From the NCBI RefSeq assembly GCF_009914755.1, contig NC_060941.1: DNA of 64,000 nucleotides; one strand, 5' to 3'. This document shows, one piece after another, positions 1 to 11,609 of the stretch (position 1 is the stretch's first letter; every line of letters starts with the position of its first letter). The notes beneath the pieces are model-generated. The model made no database searches. It had not been told where the DNA came from and saw only the letters and a list, made by a program, of their open reading frames with translations. The position numbers and the translations under genes were made by a program. Source of the stretch: the human T2T-CHM13v2.0 reference genome, Homo sapiens.

Positions 1-980
<980 letters not shown>

Positions 981-3715
981 TCATCTATGAAGACATACAT
1001 AGACTGAAAGTGAAGGGATGATAAAAGATATCCTATGCAAATGGAAACAAAAAAGCAGGAGTAGCTATAATACTTAGACAAAATAGACTTTAAGATTAAA
1101 AAAAGATAATTGTATAATGAGAAAAAAGTAAACAGCAGCCTAACAATTATAAATGAATATGCAACCAACACTGAAGCATCTAAATACAGAAGCAAATATT
1201 CACAGGCCTTAAAGGATAGATGGAATGCAATACAATAGAATACCTCAACACTCCACTATAATCAACACCCTACTATTGTCAATGGACAGATCATCCAGAC
1301 AGACATCATTAGTTCAGTAGCACATGAATTATTCTCCAACACAGACTATGTGTTAGGCCAAAAAACAAGTCTCAGCACAATTTCAAAAACTGAATTCATA
1401 TCAAGTATCTTTTCTAACCACAGTAGAATAGTGTTAGAAATCAGTAACAGGAGAAACTTTAAAACCTGTACAAATATATGGAAATTAAAATACAGGGTCA
1501 TGAACAACCAATGGAAAAAAAGGAAATTAAATGTTTATTGAAACAAGAATAGAAACACAACATAACAAATCCTGTGGGATGCAGCAAAGGCAGTTCTAAG
1601 AGGAAAAGGGCATAGCTATAAATGCCTTCATCAGAAAAGTAGAAACATCTCAAATAGCCAACCTGACAGTACACCTCCAGTAATGAGAAAAACAAAAAAA
1701 ATTCAAATGCTAGAATCAGTAGAAAAAATATCATAAAGATTAGGGCGGAAATTTTAAAAACAGAAACAAAACATACAAAAAGTCAATGGAACAAAGAGCT
1801 GGGGTGATTTAGAAAAAAAAAATCAAAATTGACAAGCTTTAGCTAGACTAAGGATAAGAAAAAGAAACAAAACCATAGATGAAAAAGCAAACATTACAAT
1901 TAAACACAAAAATACAAAGGATTGTAAATGATTACTAAAGACGTTTATATACAAACTGAAAAATCTAGAAGTGCTTCAATTTCTAGACACATAATGAATT
2001 CCCAAGATAGAATGATAAACAAAAAACCTGAACAGACCAATAATGAGTAATGCAATTAAAGCAGTAATAAAAAGTCTCCCAGCAAAGAAAAACACAAGAA
2101 TCATGGTTTTACTGCTGAGTTACCAAGCATTTTTTAAAGAGCTAATACCAATTCTACTCAAAATGTTCCCCATAAAATGAACAGGAGAGAAGGCTTCGAA
2201 ACTTGTTCTATGAGGACAGCATGACCCTGGTACAAAAACCAGAGCAGGACACAACACACAAAGACAACCACAGGCATTTTAAATAACCCTGATGAACACA
2301 GATGCAAAAAGTCCTCAACAAAATACTTGAAAATTGCATTTGACAACACAATAAAATGATCATGTGCCATGATCAAGTGAGATTCATCCCGGGAATATGA
2401 GGATGATTCAATAAACACAAATAAATGTGTAACATCACATTCAGTGAATCAAGAAAACACATAAATCATTTAAGTAGATGCTGAAAAAAAAATCATTTCT
2501 TCATAGAAACTCAACATGAGTACAGAAGGAACATGTCTCAGTGCAATAAAGGCCATATATGACAAACCCACAGCTAACATCATAATCAATGGAGAAAAGT
2601 TAAAAGCTCTTCCTCCAAGATCTGGAACAAGTATGGCTACTTTTACACCACTTTCATTCATCATAGTACTGCAAGTCCTAGCTACAGCAATTAGACAAGA
2701 GAGTGCAATAAAAAGCATCCAAATTGGAAAAAAAGGAAGTCAAATTTCGTGTTTGCAGGTGACATAAACTTATACATATCTAGAGAGAGAGAGAACCCTA
2801 AAAATTCCACAAAAATCCTACTAGAAATAATAAATTTAGTCAAGTTGCAAGATACAGTATCAACATATAAAAATGAGTAGCATGCCCATGCACCAATAGC
2901 GAAATACCTAAGAAAGAAATCAAGAAAGCTATTTCATTTCAAAAAAATATATATCTAGGGATAAACTTAACCAAGAAGGCAAAAGATACCACAATGAAAA
3001 CTATAAAACACAGATGAAAGATATTAAAGCAGACATAAGTAAATGGAAAGATATCCCATGTCCATGCACTAGAAGAATATTGTTAAAATATCTATATCAA
3101 CCAATGGGATCTACAGAATCAATGCAATCCATCTTAAATTACAAAAGACATTCTTAATAGAAATAGAAAAAACCATCCTAAAATTCATACGGAAATGCAA
3201 AATAACTCAGACAGACAAAAGAAATAAAATGAAAAGTTGGAAGCATCACACTACCTGATTTCAAAATATACTACAAATCTATAGTACGCATGGTACTATC
3301 AAAACAGCATGGTACTATCAATAAAAAGGGCGGGGGAGAGACAGAGATGAACAAATGACAGACAAGTGAAGCACAATACACAAATCAGGAATAAATTCAT
3401 GCATTTATTGTCAACCTATTTTTAACAAAGGCACCAAGAACACACATTTGGGAAGGACAATATCTTCAATAAACTGTGCTAGGAAAACCCAACACCCACA
3501 TGTACAAGAATCTATCTAGGCCGTTATCTTACCATATACAAACATCTACTCAAAATAAAGATTTAAATGTAGGACCTGAAACTATGAAACTACTAGAGAA
3601 GAAAACATAGGATAAATGCTTCATGAAACTGGAGAAGACGAGGAATTTTCAAATAGACATCAAAAGCACAAACAACAGCAAACATGTAATTACATTAAAC
3701 TTAAAAGCTTCTGCA

Positions 3716-4007
3716 GGCTGGGTGCAGTGGCTCATGCCTGTAATCCTAGCACTTTGGGAGGCCGAGATGGGCGGATCACGATGTCAGGAGATTGAGACCA
3801 TCCTGGCTAACATGGTAAAACCCTGTATCTACTAAAAATACAACAAATTAGCTGGGCGTGGTAGTGTGCACCTGTAGTCCCAGCTATTCAGGAGGCTGAG
3901 GCAGGAGAATGGCATGAACCCAGGAGTCGGAGCTTGCAGTGAGCCAACACCACGCCACTGCATTCCAGCCTGGGCAACAGAGTGAGACTCCGTCTCAAAA
4001 AGAAAAA
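3716..4007 (+). mobile_element. AluY-like SINE
   Basis: Dimeric Alu with Y-type diagnostics (GAGACCATCCTGGCTAAC, GAATGGCATGAACC, GAGCTTGCAG); imperfect TSD AAAAGCTTCTGCA/AAAGGCTGCTGCA. Confidence 0.93.
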
Positions 4008-4051
4008 GGCTGCTGCAAAGCACAGGAAGCAATCAGTAGAATGAAGAAACA

Positions 4052-4365
4052 GGCTGGGTGCAGTGGCTTACGCCTGTACACTCAGCACTTTGGGAGGCTG
4101 AGGCACGCCGATCACAAGGCCAGGAGATCAAGACCATCTTGGCTAACACAGTGAAACCCCGTCTCTACTAAAAATACAAAAAAATTGTCCGGGCGTGGTG
4201 GCAGGCACCTGCAGTCCCAGCTATTCAGGAGACCAAGGCAGGAAAATGGTGTGAACCCAGGAGGCAGAGCTTGCAGTGAGCTGAGATTGTGCCACTGCAC
4301 TCCAACCTGAGCGACAGAATGAGACTCCATCTAAAAAAAATTAAATTAAATTAAAAATTTTTAAA
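4052..4365 (+). mobile_element. AluY-like SINE
   Basis: Full Alu with a 12-bp TSD AATGAAGAAACA at 4040-4051 and 4366-4377. Confidence 0.94.
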
Positions 4366-4499
4366 AATGAAGAAACAACCCAGAGAATGGAAGCAAGTAT
4401 TTGCAAACTATGCATCAGGCAAGGGATTCATGCACAAAATATATGAAGATCTCAGACTATTCAAAAACAAAAATACAAATGATCTTATTTAAAAAATCT

Positions 4500-5725
4500 A
4501 CTCAAAACCATTGTCCCCCACCATTATTTCCCTACCTTCTTTTCCCGAGCACCTTTGGCCCCCTTCCCCTCGCCACCCTTTTTCTTCCATCTGCCCCCAA
4601 ACTTCTTCACCATTTTTTTCCCCACCATCATTTCACAAAGCCTTCTCTACTCTCCTGCTCAACACCTTTTCCCCATCCATTTACCCAAACCCCTTCCCCA
4701 CTGTTTCTTCCCACCATCTTTTCCCCTTATCCCTGGCCACCCTTTTTCCCCCTCCTGCTCTCATCACCCTCTTTTGCTCCTTCATCTAAGCAAAAACATT
4801 TTCCCCCATCTTTTCCCAAAACCTTCTCCCCACTCCTACTGCTCGCCACCCTCTTTTCCCCCTTCATCTACCCAAAAACTCTTTTCTTCATCGTCTTTCC
4901 CCCCGTTCCTCCTTGCTATTCTCTTTCCCTTTTCCATCAACCCAAAAACATTTCCCCCCATCTTTTCACACAGCCTTCTCCCTACTCCTGCCTACCTCCC
5001 TCTCTTCCTTCTCCATCTACCCCCCAAAACTTTTCCCACCATCTTTTCAAAGTCTCCCCCCTTTACCACTCATGCTCTTCTTTTCCCTATCCTGCTTGCC
5101 ACCCTCTTTTTTGCCCTCCATCTACACCAAACTATGTTTCCGTCGTTTTCCCAATCCTCTGTGCCTGCTCCCTCTGGCCACCCTCTTTCCTCCTCCTCAT
5201 CACCCTCTTTCCCCCACCATCTATCAAAACACTTTTTACCCACTGTCTTTCCTTTCTCCACCATCTTTCTTTTCTGCCACTGTCTTTTCACAAAACCTTG
5301 TCTTCCTCCTGCTGGCTACCCTCTTTTTCTTTCTCCCACTTGCTACCCTCTTTTGCTCCTCTACCCAAAAACTTTCCCCCACACTGTATTTTCTCCCCAC
5401 TGTCTTTTCACAAAGCCTTCTCTCCCTACTGCTCGCCCCCCTTTTCCCCCATCACCTTCCTCTCTTTCCTCCTCCCACTTGCCACCCTCTTTTCCCCCTC
5501 CATCTACCCTGAAACTTTTTACCCACCGTCTTTCTGCAAAACCTTCCTTCCCTCCCGCTCCCCACCCTGTATTTCCGCCTCCATTTACCCAAAAACTTTT
5601 TTCCCCACCATCTTTTCGCCGCCATCTTTTTGCAACGCCCCTTCTCCGGCTAAGCTATCCTTTTCTGCCTTTGGCACTAACTACCCTCTTTACTCCCCTC
5701 CATCTATCCCAAAACTGTTTTCCTT
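4500..5725. repeat. Degenerate pyrimidine-rich minisatellite (about 12 units of 70-140 bp); + strand very G-poor
   Basis: Anchor CATCTACCCAAAAAC or variants near 4588, 4678, 4783, 4865, 4935, 5014, 5119, 5218, 5359, 5501, 5582 and 5701, with recurring GCCACCCTCTTTT and CAAAGCCTTCTC. Confidence 0.85.
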
Positions 5726-5916
5726 CTCCTACCGCTCCAGCCGCACTCCTATCTCCGTCGCTGCCAACAACCGCAGCGAGGCGAGCCGCGCTCCCGCGGC
5801 TCCAGCCTCCAGCATACGGCCACTGACTCCTGATTCCTAGTCCTCCATGCCGTGGAGCGAGCAACTCAACGGGAAGACACAGGAACCTGAAAACACCTGA
5901 CTGCTCTTCAGCATCA

Positions 5917-6160
5917 TTTATATACTGCGGCTATGCCCACGGAGGTTCCTGGACTGCATGTTTTGATTGGATGAGAAAAAACCTCCAGGCTTACTCTGAT
6001 TGGACTTTATGATCATGTTCTGATTGGATGAGAGCAAGTCTTAACACAACCAATCACAGCATGAAAATAAAGTCCAATCAGAGTAGGCCTAGAGGTTTTT
6101 CTCTCATCCAATCAGAATATGTAGTCCAGGAACGGCATTTGCATAACCTCGGTATATAAA
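5917..6160. promoter_or_regulatory. Palindromic bidirectional core promoter: TATA(-)/3x ATTGG/3x CCAAT/octamer/TATA(+)
   Basis: TTTATATA 5917-5924; ATTGG 5966, 5999, 6023; CCAAT 6050, 6074, 6108; ATTTGCAT 6137-6144; TATATAAA 6153-6160. The TATA and CCAAT elements are symmetric about 6038.5. Activity is not shown by sequence alone. Confidence 0.7.
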
Positions 6161-6529
6161 GCATGGTGAGGTCGCATCAGGTCATTTCAGGCTCTGCTGT
6201 GTCAAGTCGGGGAGCGGCTCTTTGCTCAGCTTAGAGAACTGGAAGAGGCCGCAACCTTCTGCCTGCTGGAGGCTGGAGGATGGATGGAGCCTGGAGCCTG
6301 GGACACTACCTTGCTGTGGTTGGTGGTGGCGACAGAGCAGTAAGAGGGTGGCCGGCAGCAGGAGCTTGTCCTGCTGGGCTGGAGGACTAGGAGAAGGAAG
6401 AGGCACCACCACATGCTGGAGGCTGAAGCCTGGAGTCTGTGCCACCATGGCTCGCCTCGCTGTGGTTGGTGGTGACGCTGGAGACTGCAGCTGGGCCACA
6501 GTGGTAGAAATGTGATGGGGTAGGTGAGT

Positions 6530-7175
6530 TTTCTGGGCTGCCCTGTACGCTTCTGGGGGCAAGGGTTGGGTGTCCTTTTGGTGATCACTGCTAGAGGCCA
6601 CCCTGCCTGTGTCAGTGGTCTGGTTGGGGGCACTCTCCAGGGTTGCATTGCTGGTAGTGGGGCAGGTTGGCTGGCTATCTGGGGCTATACTGCCTGCGGT
6701 GGCAGGGGTGGTGGGGGGAGGCAGATTGTGTACAGTAATGTGTGCTGCTGGTGGCTGGTGAAGGATTAGGGGCACTATCTTCTGCTGCACTGCCCACAGC
6801 AGGGGGTGGGTTGGGTGGAGTTATCTGGGTCTACAATGCTGGCAGTGGGGGGTGGTTTAGGGGCATTGTTGGGTGCTGCACTGCCTGTGACTGGGGGGTG
6901 CACCATCAGGAGCTGAACTGCCCGTGATGGGGTGGGGGGAGGCGGGTTTGGGATGCTATCTAATGCAGCAACACCCGTGGCTGGGTCAGATTGTGGGCAC
7001 TATTGGGTGGTACACTCCCTGAGGTGTGGGGGGAGTGCTTTGGGGGGGGGGCATTGGGGTTACATTGCCTGAAACTGTAGGGTGTGTTGGATGTGCTATC
7101 CGGGGGCTACACTGCTAGTGGCAGGGGGCAGATTAGGGGTGCTATGGGGGCTACACTGCCAGCAGCATTGGTGAG
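6530..7175 (+). repeat. Degenerate G-rich minisatellite with many G-runs (G-quadruplex-prone)
   Basis: Recurring GGGGC(A)CTATCTGGGGCTACACTGC(T/C)...GGCAGGGGG-like units; long G tracts, e.g. at 7042-7051. Confidence 0.7.
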
Positions 7176-7756
7176 CTGAGGAGGTGGCAGCAGCAGCGAC
7201 AGCAGTGGTCTCCTTCTTCTGGTGGCCTCCAAGTAAGAGATCGTTCTCCTCTTCCCGGACTCCAGACTCTAGAAGGCAATTTTCTCCCGCTCGAGCTAGA
7301 TTGCACGGCAGGGCCCCCACACCCACTGTGGTTTCCCAGCCTGCCGTCATGCTCTGTGTTGCAAAGACCACCTAGGACTACTGGGCAGGGACTAGTAGGC
7401 ACCATGGGGGAAGTTGGGGACAGGGCACTGTGGGTGGAGGTGTCAGGAATGGGAACCAGCCCTTGGGTGGGGAGGGCTGGCTGGGTCTGAGTTTCTCCTA
7501 CTTGGGTTCCCCGAGAAGGGCAGGCTTGGTGGACCCAGCAATTCCTGGCCAGCTGGACTTGGCCAGGGGCCAGTTTCAGTGAAGGCATTCACTCTCTCCC
7601 CAGGCCCCAGTTCCTGGCCAGCTTTTGCCAGAAGGAGAGGCTGGACTTTGGAAGGTGGGTGTGAGTGCCTTCAATGAAACGGATCCCTGCCACCTAGTCA
7701 CCAGCGTGACAAGATGAGGCTCTAACGGTTCCACTCCCTGAGTCCTGTCTTGGGCT

Positions 7757-7840
7757 TTTCTGGCTTTGCCTGCCCAACTGCTCCAAGCCAGGCTGAAGGA
7801 GGAGAAGGAGGAGTCACCTGTGGTACGGTCGAGCAGATGA
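7757..7840 (+). pseudogene. BAGE-homologous coding fragment with no in-frame ATG
   Basis: Translates [27 protein letters not shown], versus recalled [40 protein letters not shown]; in-frame upstream TGA at 7739-7741. Confidence 0.65.
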
Positions 7841-8658
7841 TGTGGCTCTGCAGCTTGCCTCATGTGTTTGGTGGTGGTGATGGAGACCGCAGCTCAACTG
7901 GAGCAGTAGGAGGGCACCCACGGGGACCAGGCGGTAGGATCCTGGTAGGGTGGGCTGATACATTGAGGGTGACAGTGGTTGTATTGGCATTGGTGCTAGT
8001 GGTGGTAGCAGTAGGAAGTCTGGGGAACGGGAAGCGGGAGTAGGAGCACTGCAGGGCCTATCCCATTCTGGGGCGGGGAGGAAACTTTAGGTGCTGTAAC
8101 GAAGGCCTTGGTGGCAGTGGTGGTGGTACATCTAGGGCAAAGAGGAGTCCTCCCCCTTTTCCTGCAGTCTCTGGAGGGTGCCCTCCTCCTGCTGGTGCCT
8201 GAGCTAGGCATGAGTAGCAGCATTATCTCATTCTTAACAAAATTTAGGGGGTGACTATTTGTGTATCCTTTTGCTTGTTTTTTGTTGTGATACTCTGGGA
8301 GTTACTCAAATTTTATGAATGGAGGAGGGGATAAAAGGTATCATAATAGGCCTTCTAATTCCCACACCTGTTCTTTTTCCTTTCTTCCATTGTGTATTTT
8401 CTTCTCATTTTCTTGTTCCTCTTCATTTTCTTTTGCTACTGCTTCTGTCTCATGTTTGTATTCTTGTTTCTCCTCCTGTTTTTGTTTTTGTTTTATACCA
8501 AGCAACGGCCTTAACACACCAAAACTGAGTTGAAAATAAAATACTTGTCACTGTTGTATTTTTTAAATAACTGATCCCTTACTATGTTTTAGAAATGAGG
8601 AAAAAAGTCAGTTGTATAATTAGTTACTTGAATAGCTATGCTTTCATAATCGTGTTAA

Positions 8659-8783
8659 TGCACTTATGCCTAGTGTTCCATTATTGGGACATTACTTATA
8701 TCCTACTGCTAAATGTCATCAACAAGGTCTGATTTTTCACTTATGCAAAAATTCAAAAAATGGCAACCTCTGGCATAAATGGG
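8659..8783 (+). mobile_element. MER85 non-autonomous piggyBac (PGBD3-derived) MITE
   Basis: TTAA at 8655-8658, then ..ACTTATGCCTAGTGTTCCATTATTGGGAC..TATATCCTACTGCT..CAAGGTCTGATT..GCAAAAATTCAAAAAATGGCAACCTCTGGCATAAATGGG, then CTAA (degenerate TTAA). Confidence 0.88.
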
Positions 8784-9714
8784 CTAATGCATTGTAAGTG
8801 TTATTCAAGGAATCAAAAAATGAAGCATCACATAAAATATTAGTAGCAAACAGCCATTTCATCTCTCTCACATATTTTTTCTGGAGCTATGGAGGAGTCA
8901 CAGGGGTAATAAGTTCTAATTTATGAGATGATTAAGTGAACCATATTCCCTTCATTTTTTTTCTCTGCCACCATTTTCAAGAGTATTGTCATCTGCATGA
9001 GCAAACCTGGTTTATCACCACATCTTTGCAAGAGGAAAAAGAAAGGGGGAGAATCATGTATAACGTTGTAAGGCAAAGATTCACAACCAAAAACAAGGTT
9101 TTATTAACTTTCGCCTTTAAGAACCTTCAGTGTTTAGCCCTCTTTGATTCCTAGTATTACTACCTTTGGTATGAACTCTTTTTTTAAACTGATCCACTCT
9201 AGAAGTTTATGCATTTTGTATCATTTTTCAAGCCAACAGAAATGTGTAAGGCCTATAATTCTGACATTTTTAGTTATTTTTAAGGCTGTGAGCATGTAAG
9301 ATAGTGTTCATATATGGAAGAATATGTATAAATACCACTAGGTAGCTTATTTTGAAGAGATAGTATCTAAATTTTTGTCCAGAGTAGATTGGTTGCAGTT
9401 TCTTAGGTGTGTCTCTTAATACGTTGCCTCAATGTTTTAAAGCATGTAGAAATTTGAACACAGTTTAACTTCATATAGTCCTTTGTTTATAGGTTTAATA
9501 CTTCTAAAGACTGAAGACATCACAGCTCCCTTTAAGATTCAGTAATATTAATAAAATTTTAGAAATATAGGGTTAGAATCCAACAAATTCAGAGGAAAAT
9601 TGTTAAATTATATAGCTGTAGAGCAGGAATGAAACCCAGGTTCTAAGCTCTAAGGGGGCCATGAGGTACCATACAGGTGCATCAGTGACTGGGCATAGAT
9701 TCAGCAAAATTACA

Positions 9715-9815
9715 GGATGGTTAAGAGAGTGAGCTGTGGAGCCCAACTCTATGTAAACATGAATTTTTAAACTGCATGGTGCCTCAGTTTATCCATCTTT
9801 ACAGTGGGGACTGTA
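9715..9815 (+). mobile_element. MIR fragment
   Basis: GGTTAAGAGAGTGAGCT...GCCTCAGTTTATCCATCTTTACAGTGGGGA matches the MIR core pattern. Confidence 0.55.
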
Positions 9816-9839
9816 GTTAAGTTTTTCTCCTCAGTTGTC

Positions 9840-10790
9840 TGTCTTGTTGCCACTGTTCCCTAGTCTGTCTTGTTACCACTCAGTGCCCACATGAGAGGAT
9901 CTAAGGTAATTTCTGACAGGCTGGGACTCCTTAAAGAAAAATAGAAGGTGCTACAAAACCCATTTTAGGAGAAACTTCTGTTGTCCTCATGGAACCTCAA
10001 GAACTTCAGGCAGACAGGTCTCTCAAACTCTAAGGCTCTCCTCTGTTTTGCTTTGCGTTATCTGACCTTTTAAGTTTGGGTGGGAATCAGAAATCAGTCA
10101 GGGAGAGAGATCTAGAGAAAGTTGTGGATATGAAGATGTATTTATGTTAAGAAAAGTTGTGAAGCAAAGAAATGTTATATAAGAGAGGATCTTGTATGGC
10201 AAATTTTTGTCCTAAAGTAGAATGACTAATTATGAAAGAGGGAAATAAAGGAAAAGTCAGAAAGTTCATGTCATAGATGGTCTGTGGAAGTTGCGTTAGG
10301 GTTCATAAAATGAGAAAGAAAAACTTACAACTGCTAGATCTTTTCCTGTCTAGAAGTGTTGTGTATGTGATGTATATATAAAGGAGCCCTAATTACTTGG
10401 CTTAGAAGAAAAGGAAGGTTCTTAAATATTTTGTCAGAAAAATAGAAGCTCTAATGCCTTTTATTTCACATGACTTCAGTAATCTTTGGGAAATAAAGAC
10501 AGTGTTAAAATCATTGGTAAAAAAACATCAAAATTTATCCATTTTGTCTAATTTAAGTCAGAGGTTAAATTTTAGAAGTGCTTTAATGTCACAAATTGTT
10601 TGACTTCGGAAAATTGTTCTGTTTACCTGGTTTGGAGCTGTTCAATTTCTAGGTAAGGGCTGGGGACAGGTGGAATTAGCCATGTCTCCTGGCTATGCTG
10701 GAAAGAGTCAGACTTTACCTACAGTTCTGTCTTGTATCCTATACGCTGCACCTGGTACGTTATTAAAACTTCCTGCTGCTTCTAATCTCT
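9840..10790. mobile_element. ERV1 (MER4-group-like) internal fragment
   Basis: Motifs such as CCCACATGAGAGGATCTAAGGTAATTTCTGAC and TAATCTTTGGGAAATAAAGACAG resemble recalled MER4-group internal sequences; subfamily and orientation uncertain. Confidence 0.45.
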
Positions 10791-11609
10791 TGAGTTCCAC
10801 TTAAAATTTTTTCATCACTTGAATACTATTCCCTGTACTAAATTTTTCCACAATTAAATACTTAGAATCATTTTTGCCCACTTGACCCAAGCATTAGTGA
10901 TATATCTTTAAAATACTTATAATGTGTCACAATATATTTATCAAATGTAGGGAACGGCATTTTTACTTTTGTCAGCATTTATGTAGCAATGCTATCTCAA
11001 GTATTTTTAGTCATTTAAATGTTGCATAATATGCTTTTGATTCCTTTGTTTCTATGTAAATAAATATGAGATATTCAATAAATAGTATCAATGTTTCATT
11101 TATAGAATATATTTATTAGGGTTATTTTTAAACACTACATCATATTTACTTGTTGGCTTTATAAGTTAGAAATAATATTTTGGATTAACTGTGTGACTCA
11201 TGAGAGAGGGAGTTTGTGCAATTATAATCTTTACAAATTTTTACTTGATTTTCAAGACTTACACTGCAACTGTTAGAACAAGGTAATAAGCATATCTATT
11301 AATATCAACTCTTGGCTAGACCCAATGATAGTGTAGGAATTAACATAATTTTTCCTGCTAAAGGTATTGGATTTGTTTTGAGAGACTGCAGTTTAAAATC
11401 ATTGACATAGAAAGTTTAAAAATTGTTAAATTTTTAAAATGCCTTTAAAATTGTTTTATAGAAAAATAATTATCTTGGTTTACCTTGATAGGTTTTTTTT
11501 AATAAGGACTAGACCAAGAGAAAGAGAGAGTAGTGATAAATGTCCAGGTTTCCAAGTTGAAAAGTGAAAATCAGTGTATTACAACAGATGGATTTGATGT
11601 CAAATTACA

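Larger units (their letters stand above)
5725..8220. repeat. GC-rich, partly palindromic pericentromeric repeat (REP522/BAGE-promoter-like module)
   Basis: Inverted symmetry about ~6038. The unit GCTGGAGGCTGGAG...GCTCGCCTCGCTG(C/T)GGTTGGTGG recurs at ~5730-5815 (minus), ~6265-6340 and ~6415-6490, with a partial copy at ~7845-7910. It resembles the recalled BAGE 5' sequence. The REP522 name is from memory of its description as a largely palindromic repeat. Confidence 0.6.

Noticed and set aside
3623-4330. Alu-derived ORFs here and at other Alus
   Set aside because: Standard spurious Alu translations.
4500-5725. Repeat-spacer-like pattern suggestive of a CRISPR array
   Set aside because: The units are degenerate, the intervening sequences are related to each other, there are no cas genes, and the context is primate.
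4401-5840. Long ORFs of 479, 423 and 199 aa in three + frames
   Set aside because: Pro/Phe/Ser/Leu-rich translations of a G-poor repeat in which stop codons are compositionally rare; long open frames in all three phases indicate an artefact.
6182-8223. Multiple overlapping 60-200 aa ORFs on both strands
   Set aside because: Expected in GC-rich repeat sequence; no recognisable domain apart from the short BAGE-like piece.
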